Origin: an uncultured Candidatus Bathyarchaeia archaeon
GTDB lineage: Archaea > Thermoproteota > Bathyarchaeia > Bathyarchaeales > Bathycorpusculaceae
Direction of reading: 5' to 3'
DNA: 64,000 bases
Assembly: GCA_964632845.1 (NCBI GenBank)
Contig: CAZWDU010000003.1
Location: forward strand, 84,686 to 148,685
Shown: positions 35,209 to 44,320 of the stretch, in pieces
How the letters are laid out: each line of letters begins with the position of its first letter
Numbering within the stretch: position 1 is the first letter of the stretch
Made by a program: the position numbers and the translations under genes
The notes under the pieces: model-generated
Told to the model about the DNA's origin: nothing
What the model saw: only the letters and a program-made list of their open reading frames with translations
Database searches by the model: none

Positions 35209-36459
35209 ATGTCAGAAATCAATAAAATGCTTATCATTGACTGCCAAATAGCTGGAATTGCCGGCGACATGTTCCTAGGCGCGTTAATAGATATAGGCGC
35301 CGATGTCAACAAGGTTGTTTCCGCTATAAAATCTCTGGAAAAACCTGTTTACGGCTACAAAAACGTCAAAATCGACATTCAACAAGTTCTACGGAAAGAG
35401 TTCAAAGCCACTAAAATCGACGTCACAGCTGAAAGCACCTCCAGAAAAAACGGCAGTGAACTCGTAGAAATCGTTGAAGAAAACGCAAAGAACCTGAAGC
35501 TTTCCAGTAAAGCACAGCAGTTCGCCTCAAACACCATTCGCACCTTAGTGTATTCCGAGATGAAACTTCACAACAAATCTTCATCTAATGTTCACCTTCA
35601 TGAAGTAAGCCTTGTGGACACCCCAGCAGAAATCATCGGTGCTGCCGTTGCCATGGAAGACCTTGGGCTATTCTATGCCAAAATATATGCAACGCCTGCT
35701 TCGGTTGGCGGTGGCTTATTCAAGTTTTCACACGGCGCAGTATCCAGCCCTGCACCTGCAACTTTGGAGATTTTTAGGTCAAAGAATTTTCCGATAAAAG
35801 GCGGACCTGCCGAGTCAGAGCTGACTACGCCAACAGGAGCAGCCATTCTAGTTAACTTGACAAGTGAAGTAAGCCGTTTTTATCCTGAAATGACCCCGCT
35901 AAAGGCAGGCTACGGCGCAGGAAACAAGGATTTCGAGGAAATGCCAAATGTCCTGCGTCTTACAATAGGCGAGCCCTTAGAAAACTGGTTGCTAAAAGAT
36001 GAAATCGCAATTCTAGAAACAAACGTTGACGACGTAACAGGAGAAATCATCGGCAATACACTGGGCAAACTGCTACGCGAAGGCGCCAAAGACGTAAGCA
36101 TCATCCCCATGTTTACAAAAAAGAACCGCCCCGGCCAAATTCTCAAAATAGTAGCCGACCGAAAAGACGTCAAACATCTTTCGCGAATAATTCTCGAAGA
36201 AACAGGCACGCTTGGCGTCAGAGTGTACCCATGCGAGAGGCACATCATCAATCGTGAAGTAATCTCCGTAGACGTGCTCATCGACAACGTGAAAGCTCGC
36301 GTAAAAGTTAAAATCGCCAAAGACAAACACGGCAAAATCATCCGCACCAAGCCTGAATACGAAGACGCTAAACGCTTAGCGGATAAAACAGGCAAACCCC
36401 TAAGAGAAATCAACGACATAATCATCACAAAAGCCAAAACGGTTTTCTCGAAAAGGTAA
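35209..36459 (+). CDS. larC: nickel insertion protein LarC (DUF111 family)
   Basis: 'MLIIDCQIAGIAGDMFLGALIDIGAD' is the hallmark N-terminus. Confidence 0.85.
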   Translation: MSEINKMLIIDCQIAGIAGDMFLGALIDIGADVNKVVSAIKSLEKPVYGYKNVKIDIQQVLRKEFKATKIDVTAESTSRKNGSELVEIVEENAKNLKLSSKAQQFASNTIRTLVYSEMKLHNKSSSNVHLHEVSLVDTPAEIIGAAVAMEDLGLFYAKIYATPASVGGGLFKFSHGAVSSPAPATLEIFRSKNFPIKGGPAESELTTPTGAAILVNLTSEVSRFYPEMTPLKAGYGAGNKDFEEMPNVLRLTIGEPLENWLLKDEIAILETNVDDVTGEIIGNTLGKLLREGAKDVSIIPMFTKKNRPGQILKIVADRKDVKHLSRIILEETGTLGVRVYPCERHIINREVISVDVLIDNVKARVKVKIAKDKHGKIIRTKPEYEDAKRLADKTGKPLREINDIIITKAKTVFSKR

Positions 36460-36464
36460 ACAGC

Positions 36465-37295
36465 ATGAAAACCCTCACCGAGAAATACGAAACGCTGAAG
36501 CGCTTCATCAAAGACACAGGCAAAGACGGTGTAGTAATTGCTTTTTCCGGCGGCGTAGACAGCGTAACCTTAGCTGCGGTCAGCCACAGAGTTTTAGGCG
36601 ACAGGGCAGTTGCTGTCACGGCTGAATCTCCAACGTACACGCCTGAAGAGCTGGAAGAAGCAAAAAAAGCCGCCGTGGAAATCGGCGTCAAGTTAATCGT
36701 TGTGGAAACAGACGAGTTGTCAGATGAAAATTTCAGCAGGAACCCTGAAAACCGATGCTACTACTGCAAAAAAGCGTTGCTGGCACGCTTGAAAAAAGTT
36801 GCAGAGGAACTGGGGTTTAAAACTGTTTTTGAGGGCACAAACTTCAGCGATTTAACCATGCACAGACCTGGCTTCCAAGCGGTTAAGGAAGCTGAAAACG
36901 TGTACAGCCCGTGGGTTGAAGCAGAATTCACCAAAGAGGAAATTCGCGCAGTAGCCAAGAAGTTGGGTTTATCTGTTCATGGCAAGCCGCCTTTGGCGTG
37001 TTTAGCTTCAAGAATACCTTACCATGAAAGAATTACAGCTGAGAAGTTGAATCGTATCTGCAAAGCAGAGCAAATAATAAGGAAAATAGCGGGCGTTAGA
37101 CAACTTCGAGTCAGAGACCATAACGGCTTAGCACGAATAGAAATCGGAAAAGATGAGCGAGTGCTTCTTTGCGACATTGAGGTTCTGGATAGAATAGCTG
37201 GCGAGTTGAAACGGCTTGGCTTCAAATATGTGACAGCTGACTTGGAAGGGTACCGAACGGGAAGCATGCTTCTAACACTAGACGCTAAAAAGTAA
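36465..37295 (+). CDS. larE: ATP-dependent sacrificial sulfur transferase LarE (PP-loop)
   Basis: PP-loop 'IAFSGGVDS', plus 'CYYCK'. Confidence 0.85.
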   Translation: MKTLTEKYETLKRFIKDTGKDGVVIAFSGGVDSVTLAAVSHRVLGDRAVAVTAESPTYTPEELEEAKKAAVEIGVKLIVVETDELSDENFSRNPENRCYYCKKALLARLKKVAEELGFKTVFEGTNFSDLTMHRPGFQAVKEAENVYSPWVEAEFTKEEIRAVAKKLGLSVHGKPPLACLASRIPYHERITAEKLNRICKAEQIIRKIAGVRQLRVRDHNGLARIEIGKDERVLLCDIEVLDRIAGELKRLGFKYVTADLEGYRTGSMLLTLDAKK

Positions 37296-37329
37296 ATTTT
37301 GCTTTACCGTGCAAGCTAAACACGCATAG

Positions 37330-37815
37330 TCATTGCGCATTATGAGGCGTTAATACGTGACCTTCGCGGTCTATCTCGCCTCTGCGGATTCTCGTAGTGG
37401 ATATGGGCGTGCAGTTTTCAGAGGGCACCATGACCACGGTGACCACCTCAAGCTGCTGCAACCCTGCGTCGCGCCTTTTCTCGTTAATCCTAAGCGCCAC
37501 TGGCTTCGTCTCTTCACTTACAACTAACGCTTCGATACAGCTCACACGCAAAGTTGTGCCAAAAGGGTCATCTAAAGGAACAATCTCCGCTCTTTCTGAG
37601 ACGCCTAGATCGTTCAGAAACGCTTTCAGTTCTTTCAGTCTCTCCGCGTAAGGCGCAGTCACGTGCGGCTTGCCCATCTTCGCTACGAACGCGTCAGAGC
37701 ATAAACCGATGGCAACGAGTTCGCCGATTTCGAATGCTGTCATAAGCAAGACACGGTGTCCTCTGTGAAACTCGTCGAATGTTCCGCCAACCGCCACTTT
37801 CTTAAACTTTTTCAT
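37330..37815 (-). CDS. coaD: archaeal phosphopantetheine adenylyltransferase
   Basis: 'VAVGGTFDEFHRGHRVLL' is the (T/H)xGH nucleotidyltransferase motif. Confidence 0.8.
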   Translation of the reverse strand: MKKFKKVAVGGTFDEFHRGHRVLLMTAFEIGELVAIGLCSDAFVAKMGKPHVTAPYAERLKELKAFLNDLGVSERAEIVPLDDPFGTTLRVSCIEALVVSEETKPVALRINEKRRDAGLQQLEVVTVVMVPSENCTPISTTRIRRGEIDREGHVLTPHNAQ

Positions 37816-38749
37816 GCTCCACCAGCCTGGCGCCTTGCAAGTCAATTTTGGCGATGAATATGTTCTCGTTTGGTAATAACTGCTTAAAAGCTTCTGCTAT
37901 GCGCTCAGCGTTTTCTTCATGGGCTACTGCGTGAACTGCTTCGCCAACCATGTTCTGCGCTGCTCCAACAGCGCCAGCCTTCTCCGCCAACCGCACCAGT
38001 TGCTTGACGCGTTCTGTTGCGAAGCCTGCTTTCTCAGCGAAGTTCCAGCAACAAGCAAGAAAATTTTCTAATGTGGGCTCAGCCAAGATGGCTTCCAATG
38101 TTTTCTTTCCGTAACGGTTAACCTCGTGCCGCTTCTCCGCTGAAGAAAGCACTTGTGTAGTGGGTGTAGGTCCGAAGACGCCTGCGACAATCACGTAGTC
38201 TGGGCTTAAAGGAATGCGGTCAATGACGCTGATGCCTGGTGCGCCAGGCTCAACGGTGAGAATACAGCCGCCAATCATTAATGGACCAACTGTGCCTAAG
38301 CCTGTTTTGCATTTAACCTCGGCAACGTGTGCGATTTTGCCGATTTGGTTGAAAGTCAGTGGTAACTCCAAGGCTTTTGAGAGCGCTAAGCCCGCGGTTA
38401 ATGCGCCGCCTGCGCTTGTGCCGAAGCCAGCGCCTATTGGAACTTCAACTTTGTGTGTGGCAACGATGTCGTAGGCGCTGTCCACCTTGTTCAGCAGCAT
38501 TTGTAGGGCGGTTCGTGTGGTTTCTGCTTCTGGCGCGGGTTTTCCGTTTATGTAAACGCTGATGCGGGTGGTTGTTGCTTTTGAGGCGGAAACGGTGGTT
38601 GAGACGCCTTTTTGAAGCCCGAAACCGCCGCCTCTTGAGCCAACATGCGCTAAATCCAGAATGGGGTTGCCGTCGGTTGTTGTATCGCAGATTTCGAAGA
38701 AGCTTGAAATTCCCGCTGGTGAAAAGGCTTTTGCAGCTTGTTTTGGCAA
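37802..38749 (-). CDS. archaeal pantoate kinase (GHMP kinase superfamily)
   Basis: 'VEVPIGAGFGTSAGGALTAGLALS' is GHMP motif II. It is operon-linked to the PPAT gene. Confidence 0.7.
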   Translation of the reverse strand: MPKQAAKAFSPAGISSFFEICDTTTDGNPILDLAHVGSRGGGFGLQKGVSTTVSASKATTTRISVYINGKPAPEAETTRTALQMLLNKVDSAYDIVATHKVEVPIGAGFGTSAGGALTAGLALSKALELPLTFNQIGKIAHVAEVKCKTGLGTVGPLMIGGCILTVEPGAPGISVIDRIPLSPDYVIVAGVFGPTPTTQVLSSAEKRHEVNRYGKKTLEAILAEPTLENFLACCWNFAEKAGFATERVKQLVRLAEKAGAVGAAQNMVGEAVHAVAHEENAERIAEAFKQLLPNENIFIAKIDLQGARLVEHEKV

Positions 38750-39514
38750 TTACGTCGCCTTTTTCTCGGTTTTCTGTGTAACTCTAAGGGACGGAAAAGC
38801 CCTGTAACACACTTTAAGGACGGGAGGGCAAATCAGGAGCACAAATGGGATTTCCGTGGCGACTGTCCACACGAACACCAGAGGAACAAAGGAAGATTGT
38901 AGGGGTTGCTTGAAGTAGCCGTTTGGAGAGAAGAACAGGTTACTGTAAATCCACACTGTAAGCGCCACTATTGTAGCGCCTACGCTTTGCCCAACTAAGG
39001 TGCCGATGCTGAAATTTGCCCATTCTTTTCTGAAGGCGAACAACACCGCAACTGCGAGTATGCTTGCGACGACAACTATTGTTAGAATGGCAATTAAATC
39101 TGCACTTGGCAATCCCGTGAAGAGCAGAGTTTCGCTTGGCAGCAGAAGCGTGGGCAACAGTAGACCAACAATTATGATCATGCTTCCTATGACCACGCTT
39201 AGGCTCAGTTTTTTGCGGCTGAAATTCGCACGTGACATGTAGCCGAGCAAAAAGCACATGGCAAAATTGCTTGTGACTCCAGCGCATAGGCTGAGTAAGG
39301 GGTCTCCGTGGTACATGACGTCTCGTATGAATATGCCTATGGCTGCTCCTGTTCCGCCTACCCAAGGTCCGAACAAGACGGCGAAAATGCAGGGTATTAC
39401 GACGGCGGGCCAAAATGCTACTCCGCCTAAGCTGAGGCCGAAGCTTGTTAAAATTCCTACTACTGCATACAGGGCGGCGCAGATGCCTATCATTGCAACT
39501 TCTAATGACCGCAT
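38750..39514 (-). CDS. integral membrane protein, ECF S-component / QueT-like
   Basis: About 6 TM segments with 'AALYAVVGILTSF...AFWPAVVIPCIFAVLFGPWVGG'. No gap separates it from the pantoate kinase gene. Confidence 0.5.
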   Translation of the reverse strand: MRSLEVAMIGICAALYAVVGILTSFGLSLGGVAFWPAVVIPCIFAVLFGPWVGGTGAAIGIFIRDVMYHGDPLLSLCAGVTSNFAMCFLLGYMSRANFSRKKLSLSVVIGSMIIIVGLLLPTLLLPSETLLFTGLPSADLIAILTIVVVASILAVAVLFAFRKEWANFSIGTLVGQSVGATIVALTVWIYSNLFFSPNGYFKQPLQSSFVPLVFVWTVATEIPFVLLICPPVLKVCYRAFPSLRVTQKTEKKAT

Positions 39515-39727
39515 TTCACGTTTGCTCCATTTAACTTTGCTAAGCCTCTTTTCAACGAGGCTTGCGTAAATAAAACTTCCCTATAAACTGTTTAAACACG
39601 TTTAAACTTTGGTCATGGTAACGGCCATGCTTGTGCTTGGCGAGCACAAAGGTTTTAATGCAATTCGCGTTCACTGGTTTATAATTCTGCGTCTTCACAG
39701 AAAACGTCCTTCGGATGGTGAAAGCTC

Positions 39728-40678
39728 ATGACAGCCACAGCGTCTGCTCCTGTAACAGGATCAAGGTTTTCCCGAGTGGACGTGTTGCTGATTCTCATGA
39801 GTTTCGTTTGGGGTATAAACTTTTCCTTTGTGAAGGGTGCGCTGATAGATTTCTCGCCTTTAAGCTTTAACGCGCTTCGTTTTGGCACTTCATCAGTGAT
39901 TTTGCTATGCTTATTGTGGTTTCGTGAACGCAATTTGCGCATCAGTCGGAAGGATGTAGGCTATTTTGTTATGCTGGGGTTGATTGGGAACACGGCGTAT
40001 CAACTGTTCTTCATTCACGGCATTGCGCTTACCACGGCAACTAACTCTTCGCTGATTATAGCTACAACGCCCATTTTCATAGTCATTTTTGGTTCTGCCT
40101 TGCGCGTGGAGAAGGTAACCAGCCGAATCGTGCAGGGTGTGATTTTGTCTTTCGTTGGCATAGTCATGATCATTTTAGGTTCAGGAAAAAACTTGAGCTT
40201 CACAGACCAGAGTTGGATGGGCGACTTGTTAACCATAGCGAACCCTATCTGCTGGGGTCTTTACACCGTGCTTTCGAAGCCCTTGTTAAAGGAGTATTCA
40301 CCGCTTAAACTGACGACAATAACCATGGCTATAGGCACCGTGCCCATACTCCTTGTTTCGGCACCAGCGTTAAGCACGGAGAACTGGGATGCAATTTCAA
40401 CCAATTCTTGGTTGGGCTTGGCGTTTTCCGCTGTTTTCGCCATAGCCATAGGCTACGTGGTATGGTACACGGGCGTGAACCGCATTGGCACTTCAAGAAC
40501 CGCGCTTTACGAGAACCTCGTAACTGTTTTCGCTGTGGCTTCAGCGTGGATCATGTTATCGGAAAGCATAACTGCCATCCAAATAGTCGGTACCGCTCTC
40601 GTTTTCGTCAGCTTGTACGTGGCGAGAAGGAACAACAAGAAAACGCAGGATAACGGGAAAAAACCTCTAAATACGTGA
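39728..40678 (+). CDS. EamA/DMT-family transporter
   Basis: Ten TM segments in two repeats, with 'LIWGINFSFVKGAL' and 'ICWGLYTVLSKPLL'. Confidence 0.8.
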   Translation: MTATASAPVTGSRFSRVDVLLILMSFVWGINFSFVKGALIDFSPLSFNALRFGTSSVILLCLLWFRERNLRISRKDVGYFVMLGLIGNTAYQLFFIHGIALTTATNSSLIIATTPIFIVIFGSALRVEKVTSRIVQGVILSFVGIVMIILGSGKNLSFTDQSWMGDLLTIANPICWGLYTVLSKPLLKEYSPLKLTTITMAIGTVPILLVSAPALSTENWDAISTNSWLGLAFSAVFAIAIGYVVWYTGVNRIGTSRTALYENLVTVFAVASAWIMLSESITAIQIVGTALVFVSLYVARRNNKKTQDNGKKPLNT

Positions 40679-40713
40679 ACGCCAAAGATTAAGCCTGAAT
40701 AGGCTGGGATGTT

Positions 40714-40989
40714 ATGAAAATTTTGCTTGACGAAATGTACGCGGGATTAAAGGAGTACTTTGAGACGTTAGGTTACGAAGTGCTTACGGCGCAGAAAGCG
40801 GGTTTGCAAGGTGCAAAAGACAGGGCTGTCGTGGAGTACGCGGGCAAGCATGGTTTGGTTCTGGTTACGCAGGACCAGAAGCCTGCGGAGTTGGCGGAGC
40901 TTACAGGCGTCAAGTGCGTACTAATTTCTAACGGGATGATTGCTAAAATCGCGGATGCGAAAATAAAAGAGAAATACGTTGAAGCTTAA
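40714..40989 (+). CDS. PIN-like (DUF5615-type) small protein
   Basis: 'MKILLDEMY...GAKDRAVVEYAGKHGLVLVTQDQ' fits the pattern. Confidence 0.5.
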   Translation: MKILLDEMYAGLKEYFETLGYEVLTAQKAGLQGAKDRAVVEYAGKHGLVLVTQDQKPAELAELTGVKCVLISNGMIAKIADAKIKEKYVEA

Positions 40990-42059
40990 GCGAGGGTTTT
41001 CTGTTTTTCGCCCTTAACGAAACTTGAAACGCGCACGCCTATAAGTCTGATTTTTCGGTCACGGCGCAAATAAAACTGAAGTAAATCTTTTGCGGTTTTC
41101 TTTAAATCCTGCATGCGGCTAGTCATAAACGGCAAGGTTTTGCTGCGTGTGTGGGTTTCAAAGTTATCGTAGCGCACTTTAATGGTGACTGTTTTAAAGA
41201 AAAGATGCTGGGCTAAAGCTTCTCGGCAGACTTCTTCTGAAAGAGCGTTCAACGCTTTAAGTACTGTGTCCGCGTCATCAGTGTCTTCTTCAAAAGTGGT
41301 TTCGTGGCTTATGCTTTTCACTTCTGTTCTCTCTTCTACTTTGCTTCGGTCGATGCCGCGCGCCATCAAATGCATCTGCGTGCCCATCATGCCAAAAGTC
41401 TCAGTTAACACTGTAGGGTCATAGCGTGCCAAGTCGCCGATGGTGTTTATGCCTAGCGTTTTGAGTTTTTCCTCGGTTTTGCGTCCAACCCACAGGAGCC
41501 TGCGCACGGGTAGGGGCGCCAGAAACTGCTCCACTTCGCCGTCTTTAACGATGGTTAAGCCATCGGGCTTCTGGTAGTCGCTAGCTACTTTTGCCGCCAG
41601 CTTGTTCGGACCTACACCGATTGAACAGGTGAGCTGCTCTTTCTCGCGTATTTCCTGTTTTATCTGCTTAGCCAAAGCCTCAGCTTCAGCGTAGCTTTTG
41701 ACTTTGGCGGTTACATCTAAGAAAGCCTCGTCTATGCCCCATTGTTCGAATTTGTCCGCGTATTTTCTTGCTATTGCCATTATTTCGTTGGAGACTTTGA
41801 TGTAGAGCGGGTAGTTCGGCGGTAGGTAAACGGCTTCTGGGCAGAGTTCCCAAGCGCGGGATATGGGTATGCCTGATTTGACGCCGAGTTTGCGGGCTTC
41901 GTAGTTGCTTGTGCTGACTACGCCTCTGCCTTTGCCCTGCTTCGGGTCAGCGCCAACCACAACAGGCGTACCCTTGTACTCTGGATGCTCGCGCTCTTCG
42001 ACTGCCGTGTAAAAATGATCCATATCCAAATGGAAGATTACGCGTTTCTTTTCACTCAT
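40986..42059 (-). CDS. dinB: Y-family DNA polymerase IV (Dpo4/Dbh type)
   Basis: 'VIFHLDMDHFYTAVEE', 'SIDEAFLDV'-like 'GIDEAFLDVT', and 'CSIGVGPNKLAAKVAS'. Confidence 0.9.
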   Translation of the reverse strand: MSEKKRVIFHLDMDHFYTAVEEREHPEYKGTPVVVGADPKQGKGRGVVSTSNYEARKLGVKSGIPISRAWELCPEAVYLPPNYPLYIKVSNEIMAIARKYADKFEQWGIDEAFLDVTAKVKSYAEAEALAKQIKQEIREKEQLTCSIGVGPNKLAAKVASDYQKPDGLTIVKDGEVEQFLAPLPVRRLLWVGRKTEEKLKTLGINTIGDLARYDPTVLTETFGMMGTQMHLMARGIDRSKVEERTEVKSISHETTFEEDTDDADTVLKALNALSEEVCREALAQHLFFKTVTIKVRYDNFETHTRSKTLPFMTSRMQDLKKTAKDLLQFYLRRDRKIRLIGVRVSSFVKGEKQKTLA

Positions 42060-42218
42060 GCCTGTTCTCTAGAGTTTTTAGAGAGTTTGTGGTTTAAAAG
42101 CTATCGAGACGCGGCCAGATTCAGTGTTTTTCGAGAATGTGTTGGTTTCTGCTGGGGAAAGTTTTTATTAGCGTTTAAGGCTTACTGTTGAACCGTTAGA
42201 ACAAGAAGATGAGCCACT

Positions 42219-42926
42219 ATGGTACTACAAAAAGGCGATTTCATATTAATCGAGTACACAGCCAAGGTAAAGGAAACAAACGAAGTTTTCGACACCACAA
42301 ACGAGGAAACAGCCAAAAAAGAACACCTTCACAAAGAAGGCGAAATCTACGAGCCCAAGCTCATAGTAGTTGGCGAAGGTTGGGTGCTGAAAACTCTCGA
42401 CGAGAGCTTCACGACTATGGAGCCCAACAAAGCGGCAACTGTGGAAATTTCACCTGACAAAGCCTTCGGAGCCAGAGACCCAGAAAAAATTAAACGTGTT
42501 CCACTGAAACAGCTGCTTGCAAAAGATATAAACCCCGCAATCGGAATGCGCATCGAGTATGGCGGAAAAAACGCTACTATACGCTCAATCGGCGCGGGTA
42601 GAGTGCTTCTGGATTTTAATCCGCCGTTAGCGGGAAAAACCCTTGTCTACGATGTCAGCGTGCAGAAAAAGCTTGAAACGAACGAGGAAAAAATTGCTGC
42701 TCTCATCCACCGCAGAGTCCCAATTGCTGAAGCAGAAAAATTCAAGCTTGTCCTTAAAGAAAACGCTTTGACGGTGGACATGCCTGAAGAAGCTTTCTAT
42801 TTGGAAGGAGTCCAAGTTGCGAAAAGAGGCATTTTCGTCGACGTGCAAAAGTTCTTTCCCGACATAACAGCAGTTAATTTCGTTGAAACCTACAAGGTTG
42901 AACCCAAACCCGAAACTAAAGCCTAA
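42219..42926 (+). CDS. FKBP-type peptidyl-prolyl isomerase (long archaeal type)
   Basis: 'KGDFILIEYTAKV..NEVFDTT' and 'GAGRVLLDFNPPLAGKTLVYDV'. Confidence 0.8.
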   Translation: MVLQKGDFILIEYTAKVKETNEVFDTTNEETAKKEHLHKEGEIYEPKLIVVGEGWVLKTLDESFTTMEPNKAATVEISPDKAFGARDPEKIKRVPLKQLLAKDINPAIGMRIEYGGKNATIRSIGAGRVLLDFNPPLAGKTLVYDVSVQKKLETNEEKIAALIHRRVPIAEAEKFKLVLKENALTVDMPEEAFYLEGVQVAKRGIFVDVQKFFPDITAVNFVETYKVEPKPETKA

Positions 42927-43981
42927 CCGATTACTTCTGTTATCCGTGCAACTTTCTCGCAAGCCTCATGATTCAACTTTAGCTTATGCAGAATCGTGTA
43001 CCTTTCAGGTCTCACGGTCGCCGCCATTTCTAAAGCTTTAACCGCATCCTCATCGGTAACACCTAACTCGCAGGCGGTAGTAGGTGCACCTATCTGCTTC
43101 AGTGTATCCCTGATTTGCTGCCAATTCGCGTTGTGCAGATACGCGGTTAACATGGAGCCAACACCGCATTGTTCACCGTGCATAGCATGATGGCAATTAA
43201 TCATGTCAAGTGCGTGGCTGAACAAGTGCTCCGAACCGCTGCATGGGCGACTGCTTCCCGCAATGCTCATGGCAACGCCACAGCTTACCAAAGCTTCAAG
43301 AAGCACGCGCAAGCCTTCATCATTATCAGGCTGAATAAGCTCAGCATTCTGTATAACCAGCTTAGTGCTCATCAAAGCCAAGCTAGCAGCGTATTCGCCG
43401 TAATACTCATTTTTTTCAGCGTGCGCCAACTGCCAATCTTTCACCGCGGTGAACTTTGCAATTACGTCGCCGCAACCGCTTATGACTGAGCGCCAAGGCG
43501 CTTGCGCTATTACGTCGGTATCTGCAATAATGGCTAAGGGTGCTTGCGCCATAACCGAGTAAGGCTTGTCTAATCCTTTAACAGACGCCAGCGGGCTTGC
43601 GATTCCGTCATGAGAAAGCGTGGTGGGAACGCTGATGAACGGTACGTCTTGGCATGCAGAACTCAGTTTTGCAGCGTCTATCTTGGTTCCGCCGCCAACT
43701 GCAAAAAGCACTTGTGGCTTTGAAGAGTTGATTCGCTCTTCAATGGCGGATATGTCCTTAGCGCATGCAGTTTCAACAAGAAGTGTATCCACTGCCATGC
43801 CTGTTGGCTCAAGTAAAGCCCGAACTGTTTTCCCTGCAACCTCGTAGCTTTTTGCGCCTGCGATTATCAGCGCTGAATCGCTGAGGTTTAGCCTTTGCAT
43901 GACCTCGGGAACGCGCGTTAATGTTCCTTTCCCAACGATGACTTCTCTCGGAAGCTGCATGTAATGGTAGGGTGAAGTCAA
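42923..43981 (-). CDS. egsA: sn-glycerol-1-phosphate dehydrogenase
   Basis: 'FAVGGGTKIDAAK' and 'PFISVPTTLSHDGIASPLASV', with a His cluster 'HLFSHALD...HGEQCG'. Confidence 0.85.
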   Translation of the reverse strand: MTSPYHYMQLPREVIVGKGTLTRVPEVMQRLNLSDSALIIAGAKSYEVAGKTVRALLEPTGMAVDTLLVETACAKDISAIEERINSSKPQVLFAVGGGTKIDAAKLSSACQDVPFISVPTTLSHDGIASPLASVKGLDKPYSVMAQAPLAIIADTDVIAQAPWRSVISGCGDVIAKFTAVKDWQLAHAEKNEYYGEYAASLALMSTKLVIQNAELIQPDNDEGLRVLLEALVSCGVAMSIAGSSRPCSGSEHLFSHALDMINCHHAMHGEQCGVGSMLTAYLHNANWQQIRDTLKQIGAPTTACELGVTDEDAVKALEMAATVRPERYTILHKLKLNHEACEKVARITEVIG

Positions 43982-44320
43982 ATCTAATCACTGCTGATTT
44001 GTAATGATAAAATAATTGCAGAAGGTTTAAACTTTTTGAATTCGGCGCACGCTCTACTGCTCTGAGACAGCTACCCCCTCCCCTTTAAATATGTTGAAAC
44101 AGAATAATGGTCAAGTTTTTTGATGGAATATCTTTTTTCTGCATCAGCGGCACTGAAGGTCATGTAAACTGAGTTAATTAAAAATATGGCAAACTATGAA
44201 AATCTGTGTCTGCGCCCAATTACCGAACGCGTAACCATACATCAGATTTGACGCATAATCACCCATAAGCCTTATCAGCGACATGCATCATGGTGCGGTA
44301 ATTTACGAGGCACTTGGAAT

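Noticed and set aside
38940-39413. 157-aa Arg/His-rich ORF
   Set aside because: It is an alternative frame within the polytopic membrane gene 38750..39514, and its composition is a typical off-frame artefact.
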